From assembly GCF_050873445.1 (NCBI RefSeq), contig NZ_JBNMIU010000004.1, forward strand, positions 2,092-66,091: a stretch of 64,000 nt of DNA, written 5' to 3'. The DNA comes from Acidaminococcus sp. (lineage in GTDB: Bacteria > Bacillota > Negativicutes > Acidaminococcales > Acidaminococcaceae). The position numbers were made by a program, and so were the translations under genes. Within the stretch, counting starts at the first letter, position 1; every line of letters starts with the position of its first letter. Below the pieces are notes generated by a model. The model worked only from the letters and a program-made list of their open reading frames with translations, was not told the origin of the DNA and did not search any database. Below, piece by piece: positions 56,157 to 63,680 of the stretch.

Positions 56157-57080
56157 ATGGCAAATTCCTTATACAATCCCCAACTCCTGACGTTTCTTAA
56201 AGTAGCAGAAGCGGGAAGTTTCAATAAAGCGGCGGAGGAGCTGTTCATTTCTCCTCCAGCGGTGATCAAGCAGATCAATCTGCTGGAAAATGCTCTGGAT
56301 TTGCGGCTGTTCAACCGGTCCCACAGAGGCCTTTCTCTGACCACGGCCGGAGAATCCCTGCTCCAGGATGCCAAATATCTGGTGCAGTACTGTGATGATT
56401 CCATCCAGCGGGCACAGGCGGCCCGGGGAAAGGAACATCAGATGATCCGGCTGGGCGCCAGTCTCATGACACCGGTGGATTTCCTGCTGGATCTGTGGCC
56501 CAGCCTCCAGGAAGTGAGTCCGGATATTCAGTTCCATCTAGTACCCTATGACAATACGCCGGCCAATGCCCGGGAAATCCTGAAAAATCTGGGGCAGAAT
56601 ATCGATGTGGTGGCAGGAGTGTACGATGAAGGCATGTTCCATGTACATAGCTATTGCACTGGCTTTCCTCTGCAGGATCAGCCCATGGAAATCTATATGC
56701 CGGTGATGCACCCGCTGACAAAGAAAGCACTGCTTTACTGGAAAGATCTGGAGGGGCAGACACTGTGTATGATCCAGCCCGGATGGAGCAGCCAGATGGA
56801 CAAGCTGCGGGGGGATATCACGGTGAATCATCCCAAAATCAAACTGCGGAACTTTCCTTTTTACAGTTTGGAAATCTTCAATCATTGCGTCAACCAGGGA
56901 GAGCTGCTGGTTGGTTTCCCCATGTGGGAAAATACCCATCCCCTGCTGACCAGCCGTTCTATGGACTGGGAATATAGGATGCCCTATGGCATCCTGTACA
57001 ATCCGCAACCTTCGGAGTCTGTCAGGCATTTTCTGAAGGCTTTGTGCACAGTACTGGGTATTGAAATGAAAAAGAAATAA
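56157..57080 (+). CDS. LysR-family transcriptional regulator
   Basis: HTH segment LLTFLKVAEAGSFNKAAEELFISPPAVIKQINLLE. Start is either 56148 or 56157. Confidence 0.85.
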   Translation: MANSLYNPQLLTFLKVAEAGSFNKAAEELFISPPAVIKQINLLENALDLRLFNRSHRGLSLTTAGESLLQDAKYLVQYCDDSIQRAQAARGKEHQMIRLGASLMTPVDFLLDLWPSLQEVSPDIQFHLVPYDNTPANAREILKNLGQNIDVVAGVYDEGMFHVHSYCTGFPLQDQPMEIYMPVMHPLTKKALLYWKDLEGQTLCMIQPGWSSQMDKLRGDITVNHPKIKLRNFPFYSLEIFNHCVNQGELLVGFPMWENTHPLLTSRSMDWEYRMPYGILYNPQPSESVRHFLKALCTVLGIEMKKK

Positions 57081-57121
57081 AAAAGCGGGAGCTGTGAAAA
57101 TCAATCACGGCTCCTGCTTTC
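57081..57121. terminator. Bidirectional terminator between lysR-type gene and adh
   Basis: GCGGGAGCTGTG ... CACGGCTCCTGC, flanked by A5 and TTTC. Confidence 0.7.
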
Positions 57122-58282
57122 TTATTTACATTCTTCCAGCACTTTCAGCAGTTCTTCCCGGCTGAAGGTTTTGCAGCAGCCGCCAGTCAGAATCGTGGAA
57201 TCTGCTACTGCTTTCAGATTGGTGTCCGCAGGGATTCCCAGCTCCCGGAAATTGGTGGGCAGGCCGATTTCCCTGATGAAGGCAGCCAGTTTTTCTACGA
57301 AGGCATCGGCCAGCTCTTCCTGGCTCTTTCCTTCGTCAGGGACTTGCCAGACTTCCACTGCCAGACGGGAGAACTGTGCTGCGGCGGCCGGCAGATAATG
57401 ACGGTACAGCACCGGGTGCAGGACGGCCAGGCCTCTGCCATGATTGCAGTTGGTGTAGGCTCCCAGCTGGTGTTCCAGCATATGGCACTGGAAATCACCC
57501 TGTTTCCCGATTTTCAGGATACCGTTTTCGGCCATGGCGGCAGCCCAGACCAGTTCGCTGCGAGCCTGGATATCCTGAGAATTCTGCAGGGTCTGACGGA
57601 TGTTGCGGATGATATTTCGCTGGCAGGCCTCGTTGATTTCGTCCGACAGGTTGATCATACGGGGATTGCCCATATACGTTTCCATACAGTGGCTCAGGGA
57701 ATCGAAGGCTCCGGAAATCACCTGTTCCAGGGGCATGGTCAGCGTATAGGCCGGATCCAGGATGGTAAATCGATAGTAGGAACCGGTCAGGGGGGATTTG
57801 CTCTTTTTTGCTTCGTGGGTAATGACGGCCCCGTTGTTCATTTCGGCTCCGGTACCGAAGGCCGTAACCACGGCCCCCATGGGGATGAACTGGTTGGGAA
57901 TCTGCTTTTTGCTGTATTCATAGTCCCAGATATCTTCATCCAGGAGGGCCTGGGCAGAGATAATCTTGCAGCAGTCGATAACAGAGCCTCCGCCCACCGC
58001 CAGGATGAAGTCGATCTTCTGATTCCGGGCCAGCTGGGCACCTTCCTGGACTTTTGCATAGGTGGGGTTGGACATGATGCCCGAGAAATCAATAATGGTT
58101 TTCCCGGCTGCCTGCAGCAGCTGGGTCAGTTCTGCGTAGATGCCATTCCGCTTGATGGAACCACCCCCGTAGGCCAGCAGTACATTGGGTCCGACCTTGG
58201 CCAGTTCACTGGGAAGTGTCCGGGCTGCTGCTCCTTTGCCGAAATAAGTCTTAACAGGGTATGCATAAGTAAATGGATTCAT
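57122..58282 (-). CDS. Iron-containing alcohol dehydrogenase (butanol dehydrogenase-like)
   Basis: 386 aa from MNPFTYAYPVKTYFGKGAA, with the GGGSVIDCCK motif. The upstream in-frame extension in the track (to 58354) lacks an RBS. Confidence 0.85.
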   Translation of the reverse strand: MNPFTYAYPVKTYFGKGAAARTLPSELAKVGPNVLLAYGGGSIKRNGIYAELTQLLQAAGKTIIDFSGIMSNPTYAKVQEGAQLARNQKIDFILAVGGGSVIDCCKIISAQALLDEDIWDYEYSKKQIPNQFIPMGAVVTAFGTGAEMNNGAVITHEAKKSKSPLTGSYYRFTILDPAYTLTMPLEQVISGAFDSLSHCMETYMGNPRMINLSDEINEACQRNIIRNIRQTLQNSQDIQARSELVWAAAMAENGILKIGKQGDFQCHMLEHQLGAYTNCNHGRGLAVLHPVLYRHYLPAAAAQFSRLAVEVWQVPDEGKSQEELADAFVEKLAAFIREIGLPTNFRELGIPADTNLKAVADSTILTGGCCKTFSREELLKVLEECK

Positions 58283-58333
58283 AATGGATAGTCCTTTCTG
58301 TAAAATCTGAGTGATTTTGCTTTTCCTGTTTTT

Positions 58334-58364
58334 ACTGTAGTACCCGGGAGCCACTACCGGTCAA
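58334..58364 (-). promoter_or_regulatory. MerR-type promoter with 19-bp spacer upstream of adh
   Basis: Minus strand TTGACC (58359-58364), 19 nt spacer GGTAGTGGCTCCCGGGTAC, TACAGT (58334-58339). The arms GTAGT / ACTAC are inverted. Confidence 0.5.
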
Positions 58365-58600
58365 GGCTTTTTTATGACAACTTCAGTAGAAACCTGGAGG
58401 TTCGTCCCTGTTAATCAGGGGAATCTTTTGGATTGGAAGAATTCCTTTATAATAAAAGGTGTATCAGAGTCAAGAACTCGCCACCTTTCCGATGTATGAT
58501 ACTGAGAAATCGGAATGGGATTTTGAAAAGCCCCTTGATCGGTTGTCCACATTGGATGCTAAAGTAAAAAATCAATGGATAACAAAAGGAGATGACGTTT

Positions 58601-59008
58601 ATGTACACCATGAAACAGGCATGTGAGGTATCCGGATTATCCTATGAAACATTGAAATTCTATTGTAATGAGGGCCTGGTTCCCAATCTGAAACGGGACC
58701 GGCTGAACCGGCGGGTCTTTGATGACCGTGCCGTGAGCTGGATCAAGAGCCTGAAATGCCTGAAGGGCTGTGGCATGGGAATCCGGGAGATGCGGGATTA
58801 CATGTACTTGTGCCTGGAAGGGAAAAAGTCGATTCCGGAACGGATGGCCATGCTCCAGAAGAAGGCCGATTTGAAAGTCCAGATCCGGCAGGTGGAACGG
58901 TCCATCGAATATATCGAGGAAAAAGAGAAATTCTATCAGGAAGTTCAGAAAGGAAAACGGGACTATATCAGCAATCTCCTGTCGGAAGAGAACCAAAAAC
59001 AGGAATAA
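58601..59008 (+). CDS. MerR-family transcriptional regulator (possibly NmlR/AdhR-like)
   Basis: HTH segment MKQACEVSGLSYETLKFYCNEGLV followed by a coiled coil. Cys53 and Cys57 (numbered from MYTMKQ). Divergent from the Fe-ADH gene. Confidence 0.85.
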   Translation: MYTMKQACEVSGLSYETLKFYCNEGLVPNLKRDRLNRRVFDDRAVSWIKSLKCLKGCGMGIREMRDYMYLCLEGKKSIPERMAMLQKKADLKVQIRQVERSIEYIEEKEKFYQEVQKGKRDYISNLLSEENQKQE

Positions 59009-59217
59009 GGAAGAACAGAGCAGAACTTCTCAGCTCAGACACAGGTCCTTCTTTTTCTTTTGCCACAAATGGGGTACAATAGGGAAAATCAACAGTCAGC
59101 AGAGGAAAGTACATATGATTTATTATTTTTCGGCTGCCGGGCGGTATTGAAAGAAAATCAGTGGCGGCATCCGGGGATAACGGTGCAGGAGTTGGAACGA
59201 TAGGAGGAATACAGGAA

Positions 59218-59808
59218 ATGATGGACGAACGATTTGCAAAACAGCTGCAGTTCATTCTGGAGCTGGATAAGGAAAAGACCATTCTGCGGCAGACCCATCT
59301 CACCGGGTACAGACGGCAGGAGGATGATGCGGAACATGCCTGGCACATGGCAGTGATGGCCTGCCTTCTGAAGGAATATGCCAATGAGCCGTTTGACCTG
59401 GCAAAAACGTTGCTCATGATCTTGCTCCACGATGTGGTGGAAATCGATGCAGGGGATACGTATGCTTATGATGCGGAGGCGGTAAAGAGCCAGCGGCAGC
59501 GGGAAGAAAAGGCAGCGGACCGGATCTTTGGCCTGCTGCCAGAGGACCAGGCGAAAGAATTCAGGGCCCTGTTCGAGGAATTCGACAAAGGGGATACGCC
59601 GGAGGCACGGTATGCCCATGCGTTGGATAACTTCCAGCCCGTTTTGCTGAACGATGCCAATCATGGGAAGGACTGGCGGCTTCATCAGGTGAATCGGCGG
59701 CAGGTGGAAAAGCGGAATGCCCGCACCCACGAAGGCAGTGAAAAAATTGGGCAGGTCGTCCAGGCCATTATTGACCGGAATGTGAAAAAGGGCAATTTGT
59801 TGCCGTAA
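59218..59808 (+). CDS. HD-domain hydrolase (YfbR / HD_3-like)
   Basis: ...EDDAEHAWHMAVMA...LLHDVVEIDAGDT... HD motifs. AGGAGG is 9 nt before ATGATG at 59218. Confidence 0.75.
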   Translation: MMDERFAKQLQFILELDKEKTILRQTHLTGYRRQEDDAEHAWHMAVMACLLKEYANEPFDLAKTLLMILLHDVVEIDAGDTYAYDAEAVKSQRQREEKAADRIFGLLPEDQAKEFRALFEEFDKGDTPEARYAHALDNFQPVLLNDANHGKDWRLHQVNRRQVEKRNARTHEGSEKIGQVVQAIIDRNVKKGNLLP

Positions 59809-59843
59809 AAAAAGGAGGTGTAAAAATCACACCTCCTTTTTTC
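59807..59843. terminator. Bidirectional terminator, overlapping the last codons of the minus-strand NSS gene
   Basis: AAGGAGGTGT (59812-59821) pairs with ACACCTCCTT (59829-59838), flanked by A7 and T6. Confidence 0.8.
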
Positions 59844-61302
59844 CTTTTACGCAATACCAGATCCATATCAGAAACGCCACTGCAATGGCCATCCATTGGG
59901 CCAGGGCTGCAGAACCCTGTTTGGCGAACAGATCATCGTATCCTTTCAGGTAGATGCCCAGGATCAGCAGCGGCAGCCCATAGGTCAGATAGGACCTCCA
60001 GAAACCGGGCAGGTTCCGGCCCTGCCCAGCATTTACTTCGGTCAGGAAATTATTCCAGCCCCAGCCATTCTGCCGGGTACAGAACAGCACGAAGGTCAGT
60101 CCTCCCAGAGGCAGCAGGTTGTTGGAAACAATGAAGTCTTCCAGGTCCAGCACGCCTGTACCCGGACCCAGGGGCTGGAAGCTGCTCCATACATTGAAGC
60201 CCAGCACGCAGGGGAGGCTGCCGATGGCAATCAGGGCGAAGACAACCCAGGCACTCTTGGACCGCTTCCAGTCGAACAGTTCACGGAAACAGGCGATAAT
60301 GCTTTCCATAACGGCGATGACCGTGGACAGGGCAGCGAAGGACAGAAAAATGAAGAACAGGCTTCCCCAGATTCGGCCGCCGGGCATCAGAGTGAATAGA
60401 TTGGGGATGGTCAGGAAGATCAGGGAGGGGCCGGCGTCAGGCTGGATGCCGTAGGCAAAGCAGGCAGGGATGATGATGAACCCGCTCATGAGGGCTACAA
60501 AGGTATCCAGGGCCGTGATGGTCATGGCTTCACCGGGCAGGCCCCTTTTTTTGTCCATATAGGAAGCAAAGATCATCATGGCCCCGTTGCCGGCGCTCAG
60601 GGTGAAGAAAGCCTGGCTCATGGCGGCGTAGATGACGTTTCCCCAGCCGATTTTTCCCAGGGCAGTGAAGTTGGGAATCAGGTAGAATTCGATCCCCTTT
60701 TCAGCGCCGGGCAGGAATACGGAATGGACGGCCAGTACCATCATGAGCAGCAGCAGGGCGCTCATGATGACTTTGGTAATCCGTTCGATCCCCTTTTCCA
60801 GGCCCATGTAGCAGACAGTGAAGCCGATCAGGCAGGAGAGGAATGTCCAGCCTCCCATGGTAATCGGCTGGGCCAGCATCTGTTTGAATGTGGCCTGGAT
60901 GAAGGCCGGAGACTGGCCCATGAAGGTGCCCTTCAGGTGCAGCCAGCAGTATTCCAGCATCCAACCGGTGACAGTGGTGTAATACAGCATCAGGATGGTT
61001 ACCCCGGCTATGCCGATGTACTTCAGATACGGCCAGCGGCTGCCTTTGGGGGCCAGTACATCGAAGCACCGGGCTACGCTGCGGCGGCCGCCCCGGCCCA
61101 TGGCGAATTCGCACAAAAGCACAGGGATCCCCAGGATCAGCAGGAACAGCAGATACAGCAGAATGAAAGCTGCCCCACCGTACTGGCCGCACAGATAGGG
61201 GAATTTCCACACATTGCCGATACCGATGGCACAGCCGGCGCTGACCAGGATGAACCCCAGCCGGGATTGGAAGGAATCACGTTTGGGAGTTTGTTCCGTC
61301 AT
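59827..61302 (-). CDS. Sodium-dependent transporter, NSS (SNF) family, paralog 1
   Basis: 491 aa with the GIGNVWKFPYLCGQYGGAAF signature and about 11-12 TM segments. Confidence 0.9.
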   Translation of the reverse strand: MTEQTPKRDSFQSRLGFILVSAGCAIGIGNVWKFPYLCGQYGGAAFILLYLLFLLILGIPVLLCEFAMGRGGRRSVARCFDVLAPKGSRWPYLKYIGIAGVTILMLYYTTVTGWMLEYCWLHLKGTFMGQSPAFIQATFKQMLAQPITMGGWTFLSCLIGFTVCYMGLEKGIERITKVIMSALLLLMMVLAVHSVFLPGAEKGIEFYLIPNFTALGKIGWGNVIYAAMSQAFFTLSAGNGAMMIFASYMDKKRGLPGEAMTITALDTFVALMSGFIIIPACFAYGIQPDAGPSLIFLTIPNLFTLMPGGRIWGSLFFIFLSFAALSTVIAVMESIIACFRELFDWKRSKSAWVVFALIAIGSLPCVLGFNVWSSFQPLGPGTGVLDLEDFIVSNNLLPLGGLTFVLFCTRQNGWGWNNFLTEVNAGQGRNLPGFWRSYLTYGLPLLILGIYLKGYDDLFAKQGSAALAQWMAIAVAFLIWIWYCVKGKKEV

Positions 61303-61361
61303 AAAGTCTACCTCGCTTCTTTGCTACAAATACATATACGATTACCGTTACATACGATACG

Positions 61362-61390
61362 ATTTTATAATATCTTTCTGCATCTTGCAA
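61362..61390 (-). promoter_or_regulatory. Sigma-70-like promoter for NSS paralog 1 (TTGCAA-17-TAAAAT)
   Basis: Minus strand TTGCAA (61385-61390), 17 nt spacer, TAAAAT (61362-61367). Confidence 0.5.
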
Positions 61391-61392
61391 AT

Positions 61393-61431
61393 GAAAAAAG
61401 GGGGTGTGAAAAAATGTCTTTTCACACCTCG
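61393..61431 (-). terminator. Intrinsic terminator after NSS paralog 2 and its structured 3' region
   Basis: Minus strand GAGGTGTGAAAA GACATT TTTTCACACCCC followed by CTTTTTT. Confidence 0.8.
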
Positions 61432-61440
61432 TCAAAGAAC

Positions 61441-61564
61441 GACAGTTAAAATTTTGTTGATGGGAAACGAAAAATCAACCCATCAGGCCACGGATGGGCT
61501 TACCGGGCGGAATCCCTTCGGGACCCTTGGTAAAGCCCCTACGGGTTGCAATCGAACATTCGAA
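61441..61564 (-). other. GC-rich structured RNA-like segment of unknown class (3' UTR of NSS paralog 2)
   Basis: Several helices of 6-9 bp, some mutually exclusive (see finding). No ORF with an RBS. Strand is assigned only from the flanking stop codon and terminator. Confidence 0.35.
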
Positions 61565-63037
61565 TTACTTTTTTCGCCCTGCTGCCGTATAGAAAATGAA
61601 GCCCAGGAACAGGGCAGCCACGCACAGCCAGAAAGCCAGGACCCTGGGACCCTGCTTCACGAACATGTCGTAGTATCCTTTGATATAGATGGTGATGATC
61701 ATCAGCGGCAGTACATACAGCAGATACCTCCGCAGGGAGGCAGGCAGGTTGCGGCCTTCTCCGTCGTTGGCCTCTGCCAGGAAATTATTCCAGCCCCAGC
61801 CGTTCTTTTTGGTGCAGAACAGGACAAAGGCCAGGCTGCCCAGTGGCAGCAGGTTGTTGGAAACAATGAAGTCTTCCAGATCCAACACGGAAGAACCGGG
61901 GCCCAGGGGTTGGAAGCCGCTCCACAGGTTGAAACCCAGCACGCAGGGTATGCTCAGCAGGATGATCAGCAGTCCGTTGACGAGTACGCTCTTCTTCCGT
62001 TCCCAGCCGTACAGATTCATGCCAAAGGCAATGATGTTCTCGAATACGGCGATGACCGTGGACAGGGCGGCAAAGGAGAGAAAGATGAAGAACAGCATGC
62101 CCCAGAAGCGGCCGCCGGGCATCAGGGTGAACAGGTTGGGGATGGTCAGGAAAATCAGGGAAGGCCCGGCATCCGGTTTGATACCATAGGCGAAGCAGGC
62201 GGGGATGATGATGAAACCAGCCATGAGGGCTACAAAGGTATCCAGGGTCGTGATGGTGGAGGCTTCTCCGAACAGGCTGCGGCCGTGGGGCAGGTAGGCA
62301 CCGAAAATCAGCATGGCGCCGATGCCGATGGACAGGGTGAAGAAAGCCTGGCTCATGGCGGCATAGATGACGTTGCCCCAGCCCAGGCGGTTCATGGTCT
62401 CCCAGTTGGGTACCAGATAGAATTCAATGCCTTTCTCCGCACCTTCCAGGAACAGAGAGTGGGCAGCCAATACGATCATGAGCAGCAGTAGGGCAGTCAT
62501 CATCCATTTGGTGATCCGCTCCACTCCGTTCTGGATGCCCAGATAGCAAACGGAAAAGCCCAGCAGGCAGGTGACTACCATCCAGGACAGCAGAGTGGCT
62601 GGATCCTTCAGCAGAGTACCGAAAGTTGCGCCGATGAACTGGGTGGAAGCACCTACGAAGGTCCCTTTGATGTGGAGCCAGCAATAATAGAGCATCCAGC
62701 CGGTGACTGTAGTATAGTACATCATCAGCATGTAGCAGCCTACGATACTGATGCCCTTGAACCGATGCCAGCGAGTACCCGAGGACTCCAGTTTTTCGAA
62801 GCTTTTGGCAGCGCTGCAGCGGCTGCCCCGGCCGATGGCGAACTCGCATACCATTACCGGGATGCCCATAATCAGCAGGAAGACCAGATAGATCAGGATG
62901 AAGGCAGCTCCGCCGAACTGACCGCACAGGTAGGGGAATTTCCACACATTCCCGATGCCGATGGCACAGCCTGCGCTGACAAGGATGAAACCCAGACGGG
63001 AACTGAAGGATTCCGTGGAAACAGTTTTCTCAGACAC
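61565..63037 (-). CDS. Sodium-dependent transporter, NSS (SNF) family, paralog 2
   Basis: 490 aa with the GIGNVWKFPYLCGQFGGAAF signature. GTG start with GAGGTG upstream. Confidence 0.9.
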   Translation of the reverse strand: MSEKTVSTESFSSRLGFILVSAGCAIGIGNVWKFPYLCGQFGGAAFILIYLVFLLIMGIPVMVCEFAIGRGSRCSAAKSFEKLESSGTRWHRFKGISIVGCYMLMMYYTTVTGWMLYYCWLHIKGTFVGASTQFIGATFGTLLKDPATLLSWMVVTCLLGFSVCYLGIQNGVERITKWMMTALLLLMIVLAAHSLFLEGAEKGIEFYLVPNWETMNRLGWGNVIYAAMSQAFFTLSIGIGAMLIFGAYLPHGRSLFGEASTITTLDTFVALMAGFIIIPACFAYGIKPDAGPSLIFLTIPNLFTLMPGGRFWGMLFFIFLSFAALSTVIAVFENIIAFGMNLYGWERKKSVLVNGLLIILLSIPCVLGFNLWSGFQPLGPGSSVLDLEDFIVSNNLLPLGSLAFVLFCTKKNGWGWNNFLAEANDGEGRNLPASLRRYLLYVLPLMIITIYIKGYYDMFVKQGPRVLAFWLCVAALFLGFIFYTAAGRKK

Positions 63038-63078
63038 AAAAACACCTCATTTCAAAATGTGACAAATATGTGATTTCT

Positions 63079-63107
63079 ATTGTAATATAGTGTGTAAAAA
63101 GTTGCAA
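63079..63107 (-). promoter_or_regulatory. Sigma-70-like promoter for NSS paralog 2 (TTGCAA-17-TACAAT)
   Basis: Minus strand TTGCAA (63102-63107), 17 nt spacer, TACAAT (63079-63084). Confidence 0.5.
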
Positions 63108-63115
63108 TAGGACTT

Positions 63116-63538
63116 TTATCGGACTTTCGGCTGGATCATGGGCAGGGTCTGAGCCTGTACTTTGGGTCCGGTGGGCATGGGGGCCTGGGGCATGGGCTGC
63201 GTTTGTTGGCTCTGCTGCATCATTTGGCCCTGCTGTACCTTTGTGCTTGTCTGCTGTTGCTGCGGGCGGGTCTGCTGGGCCGGCAGCTTTTTCTGGGGAG
63301 TATTCTGCTGGGCACGGCGGAAGATTTCCTGTTCCATTCGCTGCTGCCGCTCCTGGGCGGCTTTTTCCGCAGCCCGTTTCATGGACTGCTGGTGCCAGAA
63401 AAACAGGCCCAGGCACAGGAATACCAGCACAGCCAGGGCCAGGATTTGATGGTGCGGGGAGCGGGGGCCTTTTTCATCATTTTTTCTCCGGAATCCCTCC
63501 ACCAGGAAATTTTGGATTTTCTTGAGCATATCATACAT
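63116..63538 (-). CDS. Hypothetical single-pass membrane protein with a Gln/Pro-rich C-terminal tail
   Basis: 140 aa with TM segment ILALAVLVFLCLGLFFW, then a charged helix and a Q/P-rich low-complexity tail. AAGGAAGG lies upstream. Start is M1 or M4. Confidence 0.5.
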   Translation of the reverse strand: MYDMLKKIQNFLVEGFRRKNDEKGPRSPHHQILALAVLVFLCLGLFFWHQQSMKRAAEKAAQERQQRMEQEIFRRAQQNTPQKKLPAQQTRPQQQQTSTKVQQGQMMQQSQQTQPMPQAPMPTGPKVQAQTLPMIQPKVR

Positions 63539-63680
63539 CCTTCCTTATTGATAAAAATAAAAAGTCTGAGATTATTGTATCGTTCTCTTGCTAAAATTAC
63601 AATCGGCAGGGCAGGGACTGTGTGATATAATAGGAAAGCATTGAATAGAATTTATCTTGAAAAGAAAGTGCAGGAAACCC

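Noticed and set aside
59130-59217. GC-rich segment upstream of the HD hydrolase as a riboswitch. It shares the octamer CCGGGCGG with 61503-61510.
   Set aside because: Only weak helices are present and there is no terminator or sequestering structure. The shared octamer also occurs inside coding DNA (for example near 63813), so it is probably chance.
61441-61564. Assignment of the structured segment to a known RNA class. I considered tRNA, T-box, glycine, c-di-AMP/ydaO, c-di-GMP, ZTP, guanidine and fluoride riboswitches, and SRP RNA.
   Set aside because: By-eye comparison with the consensus cores I remember found only short chance resemblances (for example CCGAAGGG and GUAAGCCC). No class could be supported, and an Rfam scan is needed.
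60724-62491. Plus-strand ORFs 60724-61449 (241 aa) and 61214-62491 (425 aa) spanning the NSS genes and their intergenic region.
   Set aside because: They are antisense shadows of the NSS genes with low-complexity Q/G/H-rich translations. They run through a terminator and a promoter, and have no RBS.
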